DNA of 63,068 nt, the filler included, from Sphacelaria rigidula (lineage: Eukaryota): NCBI GenBank assembly GCA_964200075.2. It is 9 parts of 9 records of this genome, joined end to end, with 100 filler letters (N's around TTAATTAATTAA, not from the genome) between each part and the next. Parts side by side here need not be neighbours in the genome. Positions count along the whole stretch, not along the records: positions 21,058 to 27,976 come from CAXNAA020017403.1; positions 28,077 to 34,995 come from CAXNAA020017404.1; positions 35,096 to 42,014 come from CAXNAA020017405.1; 6 more parts are not named here. One strand, given 5' to 3'. The position numbers and the translations under genes were made by a program. This document shows, in pieces, positions 25,625 through 38,300 of the stretch. The first letter of the stretch is position 1, and each line of letters starts with the position of its first letter. The notes beneath the pieces were generated by a model. It saw nothing but the letters and a program-made list of their open reading frames with translations. It was not told the origin of the DNA and made no database searches.

Positions 25625-27976
25625 CCAGAAACATGTGTCTGCCCGAGGGGACAGCGACAGTGCACCCGCCGAACGTGCTGTAGGTGCTGCGCATTTGAAA
25701 CAACAATACAGGGCAGATGCTTGCACTGTGAAAGTCGAGAGGCATGTGCCTGCCCGAGGGGATAGGCACGACAGTGCACCCGCTGAATTTGGAGTAGGTT
25801 GGGCGCGTCTTTAACCACGATACAGGGCAGCTGTTTTCACTGTGCAGAGCGGAAAGGAAACGTAGCACGTGTCTGTCAAAAGGGGTAGGCATGAGAGCGC
25901 GCCCGCCGACAGTACCACGGTAAGCATTGTTTTGGATGCTGCTAGTATTGCTGCTGGAGAAAGCGAATATGTCACGCAGCTCGAGCAGACTACAGGCAGT
26001 TCAGCTGCCGCTGTTGCAGTTCAGGAGTGCGCTGAGCAGGAGGTGGCGGTTATATCGAGTATGGGTGATACTGCTGCTGCTGTCGGCGATATTGAGCGGG
26101 CGAGGCCTACATGGGCCAATGATCAAGTACTGGTGGGCGGAGGTCCCAGTTGCTTGTTTCCGCCGGACCAGCGCGTAGCTGGAGATACTCCTTGCATGCT
26201 CGAAGCTGCAGGGGGGTGTTATTCGCGTATGGCGAGCGAGCAGAGTGAGCTTGGGGCTTGCCGACTCATGGTGAATCTATCTGCACCAGTGACATGGCAG
26301 GAGATCGTTCGGATGATTTGCAGGGGCGTCTGCTCGACGGACAGGTGGATGTCGGGTTGGCGGAATTGCCGCCGGAGCAGCGCGTAGCTGTGACACGCCT
26401 TGCATGATCGAAACAACAGGGGCTTGTGACCCACGTGAAGCGGGTACGCAGAGCGAGCTGCAAGCTTGTGATGCTGTTAACAATCATTGTTCTGACGGCG
26501 ACGATGAGCGTTGCGTGGTGTTGGGGTGATCGTGTGCACTGCTGTTTACATGGACAGGTGTGGCGTATTTGGCGGCGTCGGCTGCGGTGTCTTTGCCGCT
26601 GTACGGTCAGGTGCTGGAAGATGTCGTGATGCCATCGGGAGGTGTTGCTGTGCGGGACTGTATGGATGTTCCCGTTTCGCCTCTTGTTTCCTCTGTAAAA
26701 GCGACTGAAGAACAAGCGTTCGTGAATGGGCAAGCATATGTGGGGGCGGAGGATTTGTCGCATTGGTTCGGCGGTGCGAATATACCTTCCAGAGGCGTGT
26801 TGAGCTACACCATAGGGGTGCCACATGTAGCTAGACTGAAGGTGCAAGGAGGGAGTGTCCGAGAGAAAAGGATGCTCTACGCTGCGTACGGGGTTGTGTT
26901 TCGAGCGCTGCTGTTTCTCAGGAGCGGGCTGGAGGACTACAAAGAAGGCGTTACCTGAGGTTGTTGCTGCTGTGGTGAGCTCCGAGTTGGGTGCTGATGT
27001 TGAGGAGCAAATGCTGAGGTGATTGAGTGCTTGTTGGGAATGAGGAAACATATTGTGACTGGTATTCGCGAATCGTTTTGAGAATGATTTCAGCTTGTTA
27101 TTGTATGGTTTGTGGTCATGCTTGCGCATGAAACATGGTTGTTGAGCGAGTGTGACCGTATCGCGTGTGCAGGGTAAAACTCTGGCGTACAAGTGGGTAT
27201 TTGGCATGTGTGGGTTGTGCTGATGTGGTTGGCACGGACGACGCATGGTGTTTGCTGCGAGGAAGGTCGCATTGCATGTGCTGAGTGAAATATTGGCATG
27301 CATATGCTGCGTGGAAATTTGGCAGGCATGTGCGAATTTTGCTCGAATGGTACTGATATGGATGGTATCTGGTGACGACCTAGGGTGGGACAGTTTTCAA
27401 TATACTGCTGTATGCTAAATGATGTGAAGCTCGTATGATCTTGCTCGCGTTTGCACGTACTGACTGCAGCATATGTGGATTGCTGCTGTTAGCGTGAAAA
27501 TGAGCTGAAAGGTACGAAGTGCGTAGGCTCGTACTCACAGTAGGAGTCGGTGACACCTGCCATTAGCGTGAACGTGAGCTGAAAGGTACGAAATGCGGAG
27601 GCTCGTCGTATGTGAGGAGGTATGACGCGAGTGCTTCCGGTGGTTGAAGATGAAGACATTATGCGCGCATGCATCAATGATCGTTGACCGTGGCACGTTT
27701 TTGTATGGATTGTCACGTGTTTGAACGAGCACGTGGTTGGTTTTTCGTTCATGTCAGAAGGAGCATGTGGATGATGCATCCATTTGTTCGAAGAACTGGT
27801 GCAGGTGGGCTGTAAGAGTGTCGAGGAAATCATTATCTCTACATTTTGGCTGATGTACGGATGGGATATGACGGTCGAAGATCCAAACGAGATATATGTA
27901 TGTCTGGGATTTTGCTCGAAAACAAGAATTCGAAAACGAGATTACGAGGGGTGATCAATGATGGCGGAGGTCGAGG
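25625..27976 (+). mobile_element. Right copy of the same retroelement-like sequence (right arm of the inverted duplication)
   Basis: The outermost sequence mirrors 21058 onward essentially exactly. Mirrored ORFs further in differ by scattered substitutions (e.g. 21201-21545 vs 27489-27833). Confidence 0.65.
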
Positions 27977-29637
27977 NNNNNNNNNNNNNNNNNNNNNNNN
28001 NNNNNNNNNNNNNNNNNNNNTTAATTAATTAANNNNNNNNNNNNNNNNNNNNNNNNNNNNNNNNNNNNNNNNNNNNGCAACAAATGGCCCAAAATACCCC
28101 CCCCCCTATCGTAGGATGACTCGAGGGCAAAGTAAGTACACAAAAATCACTTGGTCAGAGACGACCGCACTGACTACCACATAGACGCTCAGTCCTGACC
28201 GCTTCATTATCTCTTTTCTCGAGCTCTCTCGCAGCGCGGAACGCTTCATTCGTTACCCCTCGAGACCATAATCGGCCTTGGGCTTCACTTTACCTGCCCC
28301 CAAGACGCTGCAGGACTCGAAATCGGCAAACCCCCCACCCTCAAGGAAGGTCGTCTCCAGCACAGTGGCCTATTTGTTTATGATGGTGTTGCCGCGCTTG
28401 TCTCTTTTAGTCCTCCGCCGTGCATAGTTTTATTTTCCGAGGAGGGATCAAAGCACCTAGTACATAGCACCATCGGGGAAGCTTTGTTGCTAGACCACGG
28501 CAGGATTATGTAGAAAACATCAAGTTTGGCCGACAGATAGCGACCGCCCCCCACAACAGCTGGCCGGTCGTTTTAGGTCCAGGTACATGGAATACGTTCT
28601 TAACTCCTACGCCGCGAGAGGTGGCAGATCGACCAGAAATTGAGCGCCAGGAACATGTGAAAAACCACTGGATAAACCAGGCATTGGGGACCACGCGATT
28701 CTCGTCGTGTTTTCGTTGGAGGTGGTCCTCGCCAATAGGAGATAGCTGGTCAGTCAAGGCATCGGAGTTATTAGCGTCGAAGTGCAGCCGGCGATATAGC
28801 TCCGAAAGGAGGTCTGTCGCGCTCGAGAGTACATGTCAACCGAATGACTATACCTTACACGGAACATGAGGAATTGCATTGCACTGGACTCACGAGTGCA
28901 CACCCCACTCACGCACGATACAAGACGGCGAAATGTCCGCTGCTGTTGGGCCACATTTCGGTCACAGGTGCTTTATGTAGCTGAGAGGGAAAAACAATCT
29001 GTTTTTAGATAAGTACCGTCTACCTTGTGGCCGCAGCTGTATTCGTAGGGCATGGGTTGATGTGCGGCAGTCGACGTCGCTTGCTCCCGAAAAAACTACA
29101 CGCAAACGGCGAATCTTCAATACACACCATAACATTCGCACCTGAGGCTCCTTCATGACTGTGGCATCCTTCTCTTGGGTACGTGTACAGTCCCGATCGT
29201 TTCGTGCTTCTTTGGGCGTAAAACAGGCAACTATAGGAAGAGTTCAGGCGCAGAAGCACCCGGAAGCAATATACGATATATATATATATGTACACATACA
29301 TACACACGCAACCGAACGTAGACGGTGCGGTGCTTGACAAAAACATATCGAAATAAGACAAAACAACGTACGTTTTCTGCACGCGGTACATCTCGTCTAT
29401 CCGAGAACGTCATGGGACTTGGTCCTCAGCAAGGGAATAGCTTGTTTGTATGTGTGTGCGTGTTTGTTTTGGACAGGGAGAGTTGCATACCCATGACCTG
29501 CTATTGTTCCCGTTACGCTGGAGGAGCTATCCGGTATATATATATATATATATACACGTGCCATGCGGTGTCGCTTGTCCTCTAACAATGCGCGACATTT
29601 CTCCATATGGTTGTCTGGACGCTTTTTTTACGCACAG

Positions 29638-32600
29638 CTCACAATAAGCCCCGACTACGATGGACCCACGCTGGAACTTCCCCTCACGGAGCCACAGGTA
29701 CTGTACATGACAGGGGAAATCATTGCAGGGGGTGGGCCTCGTCGTCTGGAATGGCACTGATCCCTGAGTGCGAGGAGCAATGTGTACCAAGCCAGTCATA
29801 GGTCAACGTTTCCTTTTTCCATTATGAAGCGTGTCGTCACTGTTCATCACGATGATACGCCACCAATCGACTACATCTCTCGGTAGAAAGCACGGCTTCA
29901 GCGTTCGTTGGGTCCGCGATCAGGTTTCGGTTCCATCGTTCCCGAGATATGGACAATCAAAGCGTCGATCTGGTAGCGATTCATGGTTCTCCTTGACATT
30001 GCCGTTCTCCTACGGTGCATACCCCGAGACTCTTCAACCCAAGTCGAGTCTCAATTCAGTAGAACATTTCACACTCCTGTGGGTTTAAGGGAAGGGACGT
30101 GTTGCGCAAGCCACAGCTGAAAAGTTATTACCCTTCGAAAAAAAGCATCGATCGTGAGGTCGAGCTGTATGAGTTGTCTCTTATTCGAAGGTCATTTTTT
30201 TTCAGATTTTAGAATGCAGGGGCGCTCGTTCGTACGCGCTGATGATGAAACATTGAGCGATCCCAAAAGAACTACCGTGCTGACACAAAAGGTTGCCTAC
30301 CAAGGGTCGCTATTAACGTGCTGACTTTTCCGACCTTTTCGAGAAAAAGAAACTTGAGTGATGCTATGGTAGGGGTGCACTTTTTGAGCCAAAACTTCTC
30401 TCAACCATTTTGGGACCGGACTTCCAGAAACATGGTGTTTGCACGCGGGGGGCATTTTGTGAATCGTCATTATTTTTGCTTGAAAAGGGCTGAAAATGAT
30501 GCCGATTCACAAAAAGGGCCCTGCGTGCAAACGCCATGTTTCTGGGAGTCCCGGCCCCAAAAGGGTTAGGGCTGCACAGTAAGCTCCAGATATTTGTCGT
30601 CGAGAGGCTCCTACAACAAAGAGCCTCAGGGAAAAAGTTGCACCCCAACCGCGGCATTGCTCACTTGCTCCTCGAAAAATATGACAATATATTTCTCAAC
30701 CACATCAAGGAATAGAACGAGTTAAGACTGACCGCTACATATTAATCGGAAAATATGACATTGTCTTTCTTTCAGCATTTGTTTTCTTGGAAGAGCCAGA
30801 AATTTCTTCCAAAAAAGCCCATAGAGTCTGACAAAATTAGTCCCGTCAGTAACGACCATAAACGGGATTGTTGTACTCCTGTCGCAGTAAAAAAAAGGAG
30901 GAGCTGAAACCAGAATGGTTTGTTCTTCCTGAGGTACATGCAAAGACATAATGTTCCGGAGCAACACCCCCCCCTCGCGCCATATCTCGCGGGAACTGGC
31001 GGGGTATATTACATGCTCGTTGAGAAGAATGTATGCGATCAGTGTTGAGAATCATGCGAAGTCCAAGTGGTACAATATCTATCTCATGAAGCGAACGTTG
31101 TGGTGAACCTGATCGTGAACTCCTTCGTGCGGTGGTGTTTCAGTGATCTCCTCACGCGGTCTCGTGTGTCCAAAAGGGTTACTTTTATGCGCTCTTTAGA
31201 TGAAAAGGTTGATCCCTCAACACTCATGCACTTGCTCTCCACCCGTTTTGCTGTCCGTATACATATATATATATATATATATATTGGGTCTTGCTATTTA
31301 CGTCAACGGTGACGTAATCTGTTACATCCGTCAACGTTCAACATCCGTCCCACAAGCCCCGCATGGACACAGCGACACATGGAAAACACTCACACAGTCT
31401 CTAGCTATCGTTCAAGCCATCGCACGGAGCACGCGGACCCGTAACGGATGAGATACATGCATGATGCATGGTGGCATACCACAAGAGTGCTCACTCTGCC
31501 ACAAGCATGTATCTCATCCGTTACGGGTCCGTTTGCTCCGTGCGATGGCTTGAACGATAGCAAGAGATTGTGTGAGTGTTTTCCATGTGTTGCTGTGTCC
31601 ATGCGGGGCTTGTGGGACGGATGCTGAACGTTGACGGATGTAACAGATTACGTCAACGTTGACGTAAATAGCAAGACCCAATATATATATATATATATCC
31701 AAGGATAAAAACGAGCCCTCTGTACTCTCGACTTCATATTTTACCCGCACACGGTCGGTTGTTCATTTTAGCACGAATCTTTTCCGCGACGAGGGGCGGG
31801 AGCGACTGATGTGGTTCACTCAGAAACAGGCACAGGCGCCCGCGCATGTGTGTGGTGTCTATCCCGATCTTGGACTTGCCATGCAACCTAGCACTCGCAC
31901 TCACCGCCATATATTACTTTTATACGTCGGATGGATCATGATCCGTCTCTGAAAATTACTTCATCTCAGTACGCTGATCCAGATGATCTTGTGAATCAGT
32001 TGGTCACCCTTCATCATGCCTGCTCCTTACAGCGCCGGACGCCCGAGCACGCCGAGTAGCGCAAAGGTTGCGTTCCGGCTTTCCTGACTCCGCGGTCACA
32101 TATTTTGTGTTTTTGGATCAATAGATTCGAGTGTCTTTTTTCGACTGGTTGTTACAGACAGATCACCATGTGCCCGATGTGTGATTACCTTCCGGGAGCC
32201 TACGTGATAATGAATGAGTCGCAGCGGTTGTCGGTGGTGTCCTGTCACCAGGTGGTTGGGAGACGTCCACACAAGGCATGTGCGAAGCGTTGTGAAACTC
32301 GGAGTCAAAAAGCGACAGTGGATGATGAAGGGATGACTCAAAAGGGAAATTTCCCCACTTCGTCCATGGAACGTCCCTTAGAGTGGTGTGTTCTATAATG
32401 TTCTGCATTGCGTTTGTGATGTTACCTGCGTGTTGTGGAAACGTTCCTACTGCGCGGTCAAAACAAAGTCGTTGAATTAGTTCTTGTATTTGTCCGCTTC
32501 GGAGAGACAGATTTTGAAGATGCTCGAAGCCTTCAAGGACGGACGAGTGTTGCATATCAAGTACGCCTGGATGCTAGTCAACAGCGCGAAGGAAATTTTC

Positions 32601-34068
32601 GCCAAAGAGGACACCCTCCAGGTGGGTGGGTCAATGCGTGTTCGAGCTGTGGAGGAAACAGGACAAACCAGAGCCGTGTGATATCTTCAGATGCGTGGAT
32701 TGTAGTACAGTTTGCTGTCTATTGTTGTTGTTGTTGTTGTTGTTGTTGGTAGTGGTAGTGGTAGTGGTAATGGTGTTGTCGTGTTTAATGATAATGGCGA
32801 TGACCATGTCACCATTACCGCTGTATGCCTCCCTTCAAAGTGGCCCCCATTCTTGTGTGCCCCTCATAAATATCGTAACATACGCCCACACAGGCGTGCA
32901 CGGTAGCGAAGGGGGGGAAAATGACAGTGGTCGGAGACATTCACGGCCAACTGCAGGATTTATTCTCCATCTTCACCATCAATGGCCTACCGTGTCCCGC
33001 TAACCACTACTTATTTAACGGCGATTTCGTCGACAGGGGCCCCTGTGGTGCAGAAGTTCTCCTAACCCTGTGCGCTTTCAAGGTACAGCGGAGATTCTAA
33101 CAGTGTACGCTCCCTTTGTAGTGTAGTACTTCACCATGCTGCGCCCAAAGCTACTTTGTACAAATCCGATCCGCGATATGATTCTCAAAACATTTTGTTG
33201 TTCATGCAGGCATGGCGCGGGGTTCCACCGAAGCGTGATTGTACCCGGCTGGCAATCTCTCTCACTATGATCGTCTGTGACCACGGGTTCGAGAGATCGG
33301 ACTAATGTGCGGGCATAAAACAATACGAATAATATGATGGGACTGCCACGATAAGTGTGGTGGCAAGTTTCCGAAACGTGTACACCCTAAACCTTTAGTA
33401 TATGGGTGTAAAATTCCACGGTAACAGCTTTTTTTGGTTGCGAAGAAATAGGTACCATGATGAAACAGGATTCAGTTCGAAGTTTGTGATGGAGAAGCAT
33501 CTGACTACTACGCGGATTTTTTTAAGGGGTATTTCGTTAGAGGTGATAAATCCTAGGGTCAGAATTGTCTCGTGTCGCTCTTCCTTTGAAAAAATAGCAG
33601 AAACCCCGCCAGAACACAGGAGAGGTGTGTCCAGCAGTGTCTGTGTGGCGAACTTGCTGCCCATATGTCTCCGCAGTGACTTGATATATTATCAAGACAC
33701 TGTTGAAGTCGTAATTATTACCAGTCACGGAGGAGGCCGCTGCTACATACCGTAGATGAGTTCAACTGCAGAGATTGTTAATCGTTTCCGATGTCACGGC
33801 CGTAGTTTTCATTTAATTCTAAATCCGTCAACAAGACGCATAATTACTTTGTCAACCGCAGGAAATATACATATATATACACACACAAATATATATATAT
33901 CGTGGTTAGGTCTGGAGAAGACTGCATCTGCACGTGTCCAGTGCGATTGCACTCAAAAGGGTGGAGACATATCGTACTTCGCAGGTAATGATACCGGAGT
34001 GCATCCGACTGAATCGCGGGAACCACGAGTCGCGGCAGCAGAACAAACTCATGGGCTTCGAAGAAGAG
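29638..34068 (+). CDS. Partial multi-exon PPP-family Ser/Thr protein phosphatase (PPEF/RdgC- or PP5-type catalytic domain)
   Basis: Phase-0 exons 29638-29697 (LTISPDYDGPTLELPLTEPQ), 32511-32621 (ILKMLEAFKDGRVLHIKYA...), 32894-33082 (VVGDIHGQLQDL...YLFNGDFVDRG) and 33985-34068 (LNRGNHES...GFEEE). All three PPP signature motifs are present and all introns are GT-AG. Confidence 0.93.
30356..30662. mobile_element. 307-bp MITE with GAG...CTC termini and a 4-bp TSD (Sola-like)
   Basis: TSD ACTT at 30352-30355 and 30663-30666. Imperfect ~30-bp TIR (GAGTGATGCTATGGTAGGGGTGCACTTTT / AAAAGTTGCACCCCAACCGCGGCATTGCTC). Internal hairpin with ~65-bp arms at about 30408-30562. Confidence 0.7.
31284..31681. 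mobile_element. Foldback/MITE with 177-bp near-perfect inverted arms inserted in a (TA)n microsatellite
   Basis: 31284-31460 is the reverse complement of 31505-31681 with few mismatches. The loop is 44 bp and (TA)n runs flank both sides. Confidence 0.88.
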
Positions 34069-34718
34069 GTAGGTGTGTATCTGTGTTAATTTTGTTTCGA
34101 TCAAGAAGTCGACTGAGTTCGTTTGGTGTGAGTTGGCGCGGTGCGGGAGTGCTTACCCAATCCGCGAGACCAAAATACTTGGGCGTGAACCGGGGGAGAG
34201 GTGGGATGATCACTTGAGACCACGGACTCGTCCCGAGAAAGGGGATGGGTTCAAATTGCGCCAAAAACAAAAAAGCTTCTTGGTTCTCTTATATTCACTC
34301 ATCTCCCACAATATCTAGATGTGGTCACAAGACAGGCAGGCATACCTGATTTATGTGAACGGACACATTCGCCGAGGGGGGAGCCCGAGTAAAAAATATG
34401 ACGAAACAGCAAGGAAGAGATGCAGAAATGGAGAGATGCCCCAGACGAAAAACAGTTTACCGCGAGCGCGCGTGCGTTTGCGTGTTGTCGGAATGCGGGG
34501 GGTGTCAACACGTGTCGGTATGTTTTCTTGGTGTGTATTTTGCAAAATAGCATCCTCATGTTTTTCCCTGGGAAAATGAAGATCCTGAATTGCGAAGCCC
34601 CCCCCCCCTCCTCCCCCTGAGGTTTATGTGTAATGTATGGAAGAAACGTGATGAGTTACAGAAGGAACATAATGAGCGCCAGAATGTTGGAGGTGTCTCT
34701 ATTAGGAGTAGGAACGGA

Positions 34719-34787
34719 CGGTGCTCCGTCTCGAAAGGGATGAGTGGTCAATGGTCAAACGACCAAGGCAAGCAACACATGAGGACG

Positions 34788-34790
<3 letters not shown>
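34719..34790 (+). repeat. Dispersed ~70-bp repeat ending in a C-run; other copies at about 54030-54069 (-), 57411-57477 (-) and 59875-59947 (+)
   Basis: ggtgctccgt(c/t)tcgaaagg...tcaatggtcaaa(c/t)gac(c/t)aaggcaagcaac...g(t/g)acgcccc is recognisable at four loci on three contigs. Confidence 0.75.
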
Positions 34791-34829
<39 letters not shown>

Positions 34830-34850
34830 CCCCCCCCCCCCCCCCCCCCC

Positions 34851-34949
<99 letters not shown>

Positions 34950-35399
34950 CCCCCCCCCCCCCGCCCCCCCGCCGCGCTCCGGCCCCGCGCCCCCCNNNNN
35001 NNNNNNNNNNNNNNNNNNNNNNNNNNNNNNNNNNNNNNNTTAATTAATTAANNNNNNNNNNNNNNNNNNNNNNNNNNNNNNNNNNNNNNNNNNNNCGAAA
35101 GAGGTGTACGTAATGATGCACGCGCGTCCTTGGGGGCATGCTTACGGGGCTTTCTCTTCCGCCGTGGCAAAGGTCGGGGAACTTCCAAAACATTTGGGGA
35201 TGATACCACAACTGCGTCCAGTTGCGTGGATGGGGTCAGCATCGGGGCATGACGGAGCGAAACTTGTGGGCTGCTTTCCGTAGGCAAGGTTGGCTGTTGG
35301 GGCATAGCCGAAGATATGTTGGGGCGGTTGTTGATAAAACCGGCCGAAGGTAGGTCCGTGCGTCTTGAAAATCGCGAGGAAGGAGCCCGAGCGAACTGA

Positions 35400-38300
35400 T
35401 TGGAAGTTACATCTCCGACGTGGTGAGGTTCAAATCAGCAATACTTGGGTCAGCTGAAAAAGGCTTGCTGCTACCTGTGCGTGCGGTCGCTGAGGAAAGC
35501 CTTTGCCTCAGGGACTGGCGGTTGGTCTTCCCACATCTCAGACTTATACTCGGTACTGAAGGACCAAGTTCAGTGCCGGGTGTAGGTCTGAGTCACGGGG
35601 TGTCACAACTGTTACGCAGTGTGTGGAGGGACGAAGATGGGGGTCGATTTGAACGGCCGTCAGTTGCGCTCCTGCATAGTACCGGGAAAGTCGGGTGGAC
35701 AGTCTTAGTCGCGGGCTCTACGGGCTGTGTTAAAAATTGTGTGGAGGTTCGAGACGGGGGTCGATATGAACGGCCATCAGTTACGCTCCTGGATAGTGCC
35801 GGGGCAGTCGAATCAGCAATATTTGACACGGACTCCGCGGGCTGTGTTGAAAAAGTCTTCGCTCGTGCTTTCGACGGCGTGGTAGACCGAAGAACGCCGG
35901 CGTCGGCACGCCATGGATCTAAGCGATCCGTAGTGAAGGTACCAGGGTTTCTGGTGTTGGGATTAAAACTTTGTGTCGGTCCCGTCCGCTGGTGTCTATC
36001 AGCGGAACGTTTATTGTCGCGAGAATTGTGATCGTTCTGGCGAGGGCTTCCGTGATTGTTGTTGTGTCGGCGACCGCGATTAGAGTTTTTGTTGCCACGT
36101 TGGTTCGAATTTTGCGGTAATTTCGAGTTCGTGGACGATATTCGCGCATGCCTTTTTGCCATCGGCGCCACGGGGGTTCATTGTCCTGCAATTCAGGGTT
36201 CATGAGATCAAAGGTATTGATGCATGGACTGTCAGAGTCGCGCATGCTGCGGCCTTGAACACTACAGTTGATGCAACTGTTGGCATGACTGCTGAAGGCA
36301 TTGCGTCTAGCAGACGACGAAAGGAATGGGTTCCACAAATGGGGGTCATCGGGTATGAATGCCGTTGTTGAAGTCAGATAAACATCATCCCAAGTTTCCT
36401 CGGAAAACGGCCAACCGTCAAAACTCGCGCTAAATGTATCTCTGGTACTCTATACATGCATAACTGAACCGGCGACTGAGTCGGGGGTCCATGAAGCGCG
36501 GGACGAGCTCGAATTCCTGCCGCGAGCCCCTTGGGCATGAGCGGACGACACAACCGAGGTTGTGAACGCACAGACGTTGAAGGTTTGCCACGTATGACAG
36601 GCATTAGATTACCCTCTTGGTGTACAAAAGCAGACCATACAGTATCAACGGAGGCGTAAGGCACCTCGCGATGCGCCAAGACACCCGGAAATAACGATGG
36701 CATCAGAGCCGGATACTGTTGAGCAACGCTATTGCGAACGTAAGCCCGACACATTGCGTCACTCGGTCCGTTCTGACGTCCGACTCCCGTCGTACCCGAA
36801 ACCAAAAGCTTAAATTCGCGGAGATAGTCCGCGAAGGGGACATCAGAGGCGACAACGAAGGAACTCAGCCTCTGGATGGCACTAGCCTGGTCACTTTTGT
36901 CGAAGTAACCTATGAGACGCGCCTCTCCAAATCAGAGAGTAATACCGGGCCTGTCTTCCCCTTGGCACGATCCGGGTCCATCTCGGCGAGGAATCCGTCG
37001 AGAACCTGCTTCAAAGAAGCAGCGAGGTCGGGAGAGCGGCGGCTGATCGACCGATGCATTGCTTTGTGCAAGGGAGTCTGCCAGCCCTCTACCCAGTCGG
37101 AATCTTCGAAACGTTGTGCGCCAGTCACATTCGCCAAGTGAAGGATGTTACAAACAGTGCGGCGGATGGACGTGATGAGGGCAGAAGTAAACTGGCCTGA
37201 ATCTTCGTTATCCGCGGCAGGCAAGGTTTTGATGTGCCAGAGTATTTTCACATCCATCTGAATATACTGTCTCTGTATTGCAGCTACTCGGGCAGGCTCA
37301 GCTCTATCGGAAGCTGCTTTTTTGCTAGCTTCCGAACGTTCTTTGTCAGCCGCGGCGGTTGCTAAAGCGCGGGCTGCAGTAAAAGACAAAGGACGGTCAG
37401 GTGTATCCGTATCGGACAAACCTAAAATGCGGGCCGAAACATCAGCCAACTTAGGAATCACTTGCCTGGGGGTCTCCGAGCCCGAGGGGGGAAGAGCTGC
37501 ACCGGACCGGTTCCAGGCCGATGTGGATGATCCGGAAGAGTTGCCTCCGGTGTGCTTGCCTTTCGGCTTGCGGGGCGGTCGGTTTGATCCGGAAGCGCCC
37601 GAAGAGGATTCTCCACCGCCATGGCGGCGGCGTGAATTCCCGCCATAGTTGTCATCGTCATCGCGACGGTGATTCTTCTTGTGACCCCGGCAATTGGAGG
37701 TCGTCGTGGTGGTCCACCCATCCCATCTTCGTTATCGTCGGGGAGAGTCGCGGCGGGATCAGAGTTAGAAGCGGCGCGTAGCGCCGCAAAAAGGTTGGTG
37801 ACAGTGTCGACGTACCGGTGGAGATGCGGACTATCGCCGATTGTCGCCTGGAGGGCCAGTTGGCCCAAGGTGATCGCTGACACGCCGTCGTCCGGGAAGA
37901 AGCCGCCCTGTTCCACGTAGCCACTAACATCGGCTAACATGCGTTGGAATATGGTGTTCCAAGCGTGGCGGGAACAGTTCAGGTGATTGTTTCGGTGAAA
38001 GGGGCCGGTATAATCGGCCGCGGACCGAGAAAGTCACACTCGTTCGTGTGATGCAAGTTGCAAGCGTGTGGTGGGGCTGGCAGTGACCGCCGGGACAGGT
38101 GCACGAGGCGGCGTGGGGGCGGCGGCGGCCGCGACAGATGACGCTCTGTCGGACTTACGTGGTATCACGTAGTCCGACCTGGTGGGCGTGGGCTGTCGAG
38201 GAGGTCAAGCTTCAAGCAAGTGGTCGGCGGAAGGCGGCGGGGAGGCTTGATGGTGAGTCACCCGCGCCATCAACGAATCTGCTTCTTGCGTAGTGCGCCG

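Noticed and set aside
28100-28950. RTE-type LINE 3' remnant on the minus strand
   Set aside because: Only vague peptide resemblance; too degenerate to support without a search.
34590-35051. Poly-proline ORFs (also about 20914-20957 and 61257-61361)
   Set aside because: These are translations of poly-C tracts beside gaps or contig ends, i.e. low-complexity sequence or sequencing artefact rather than coding sequence.
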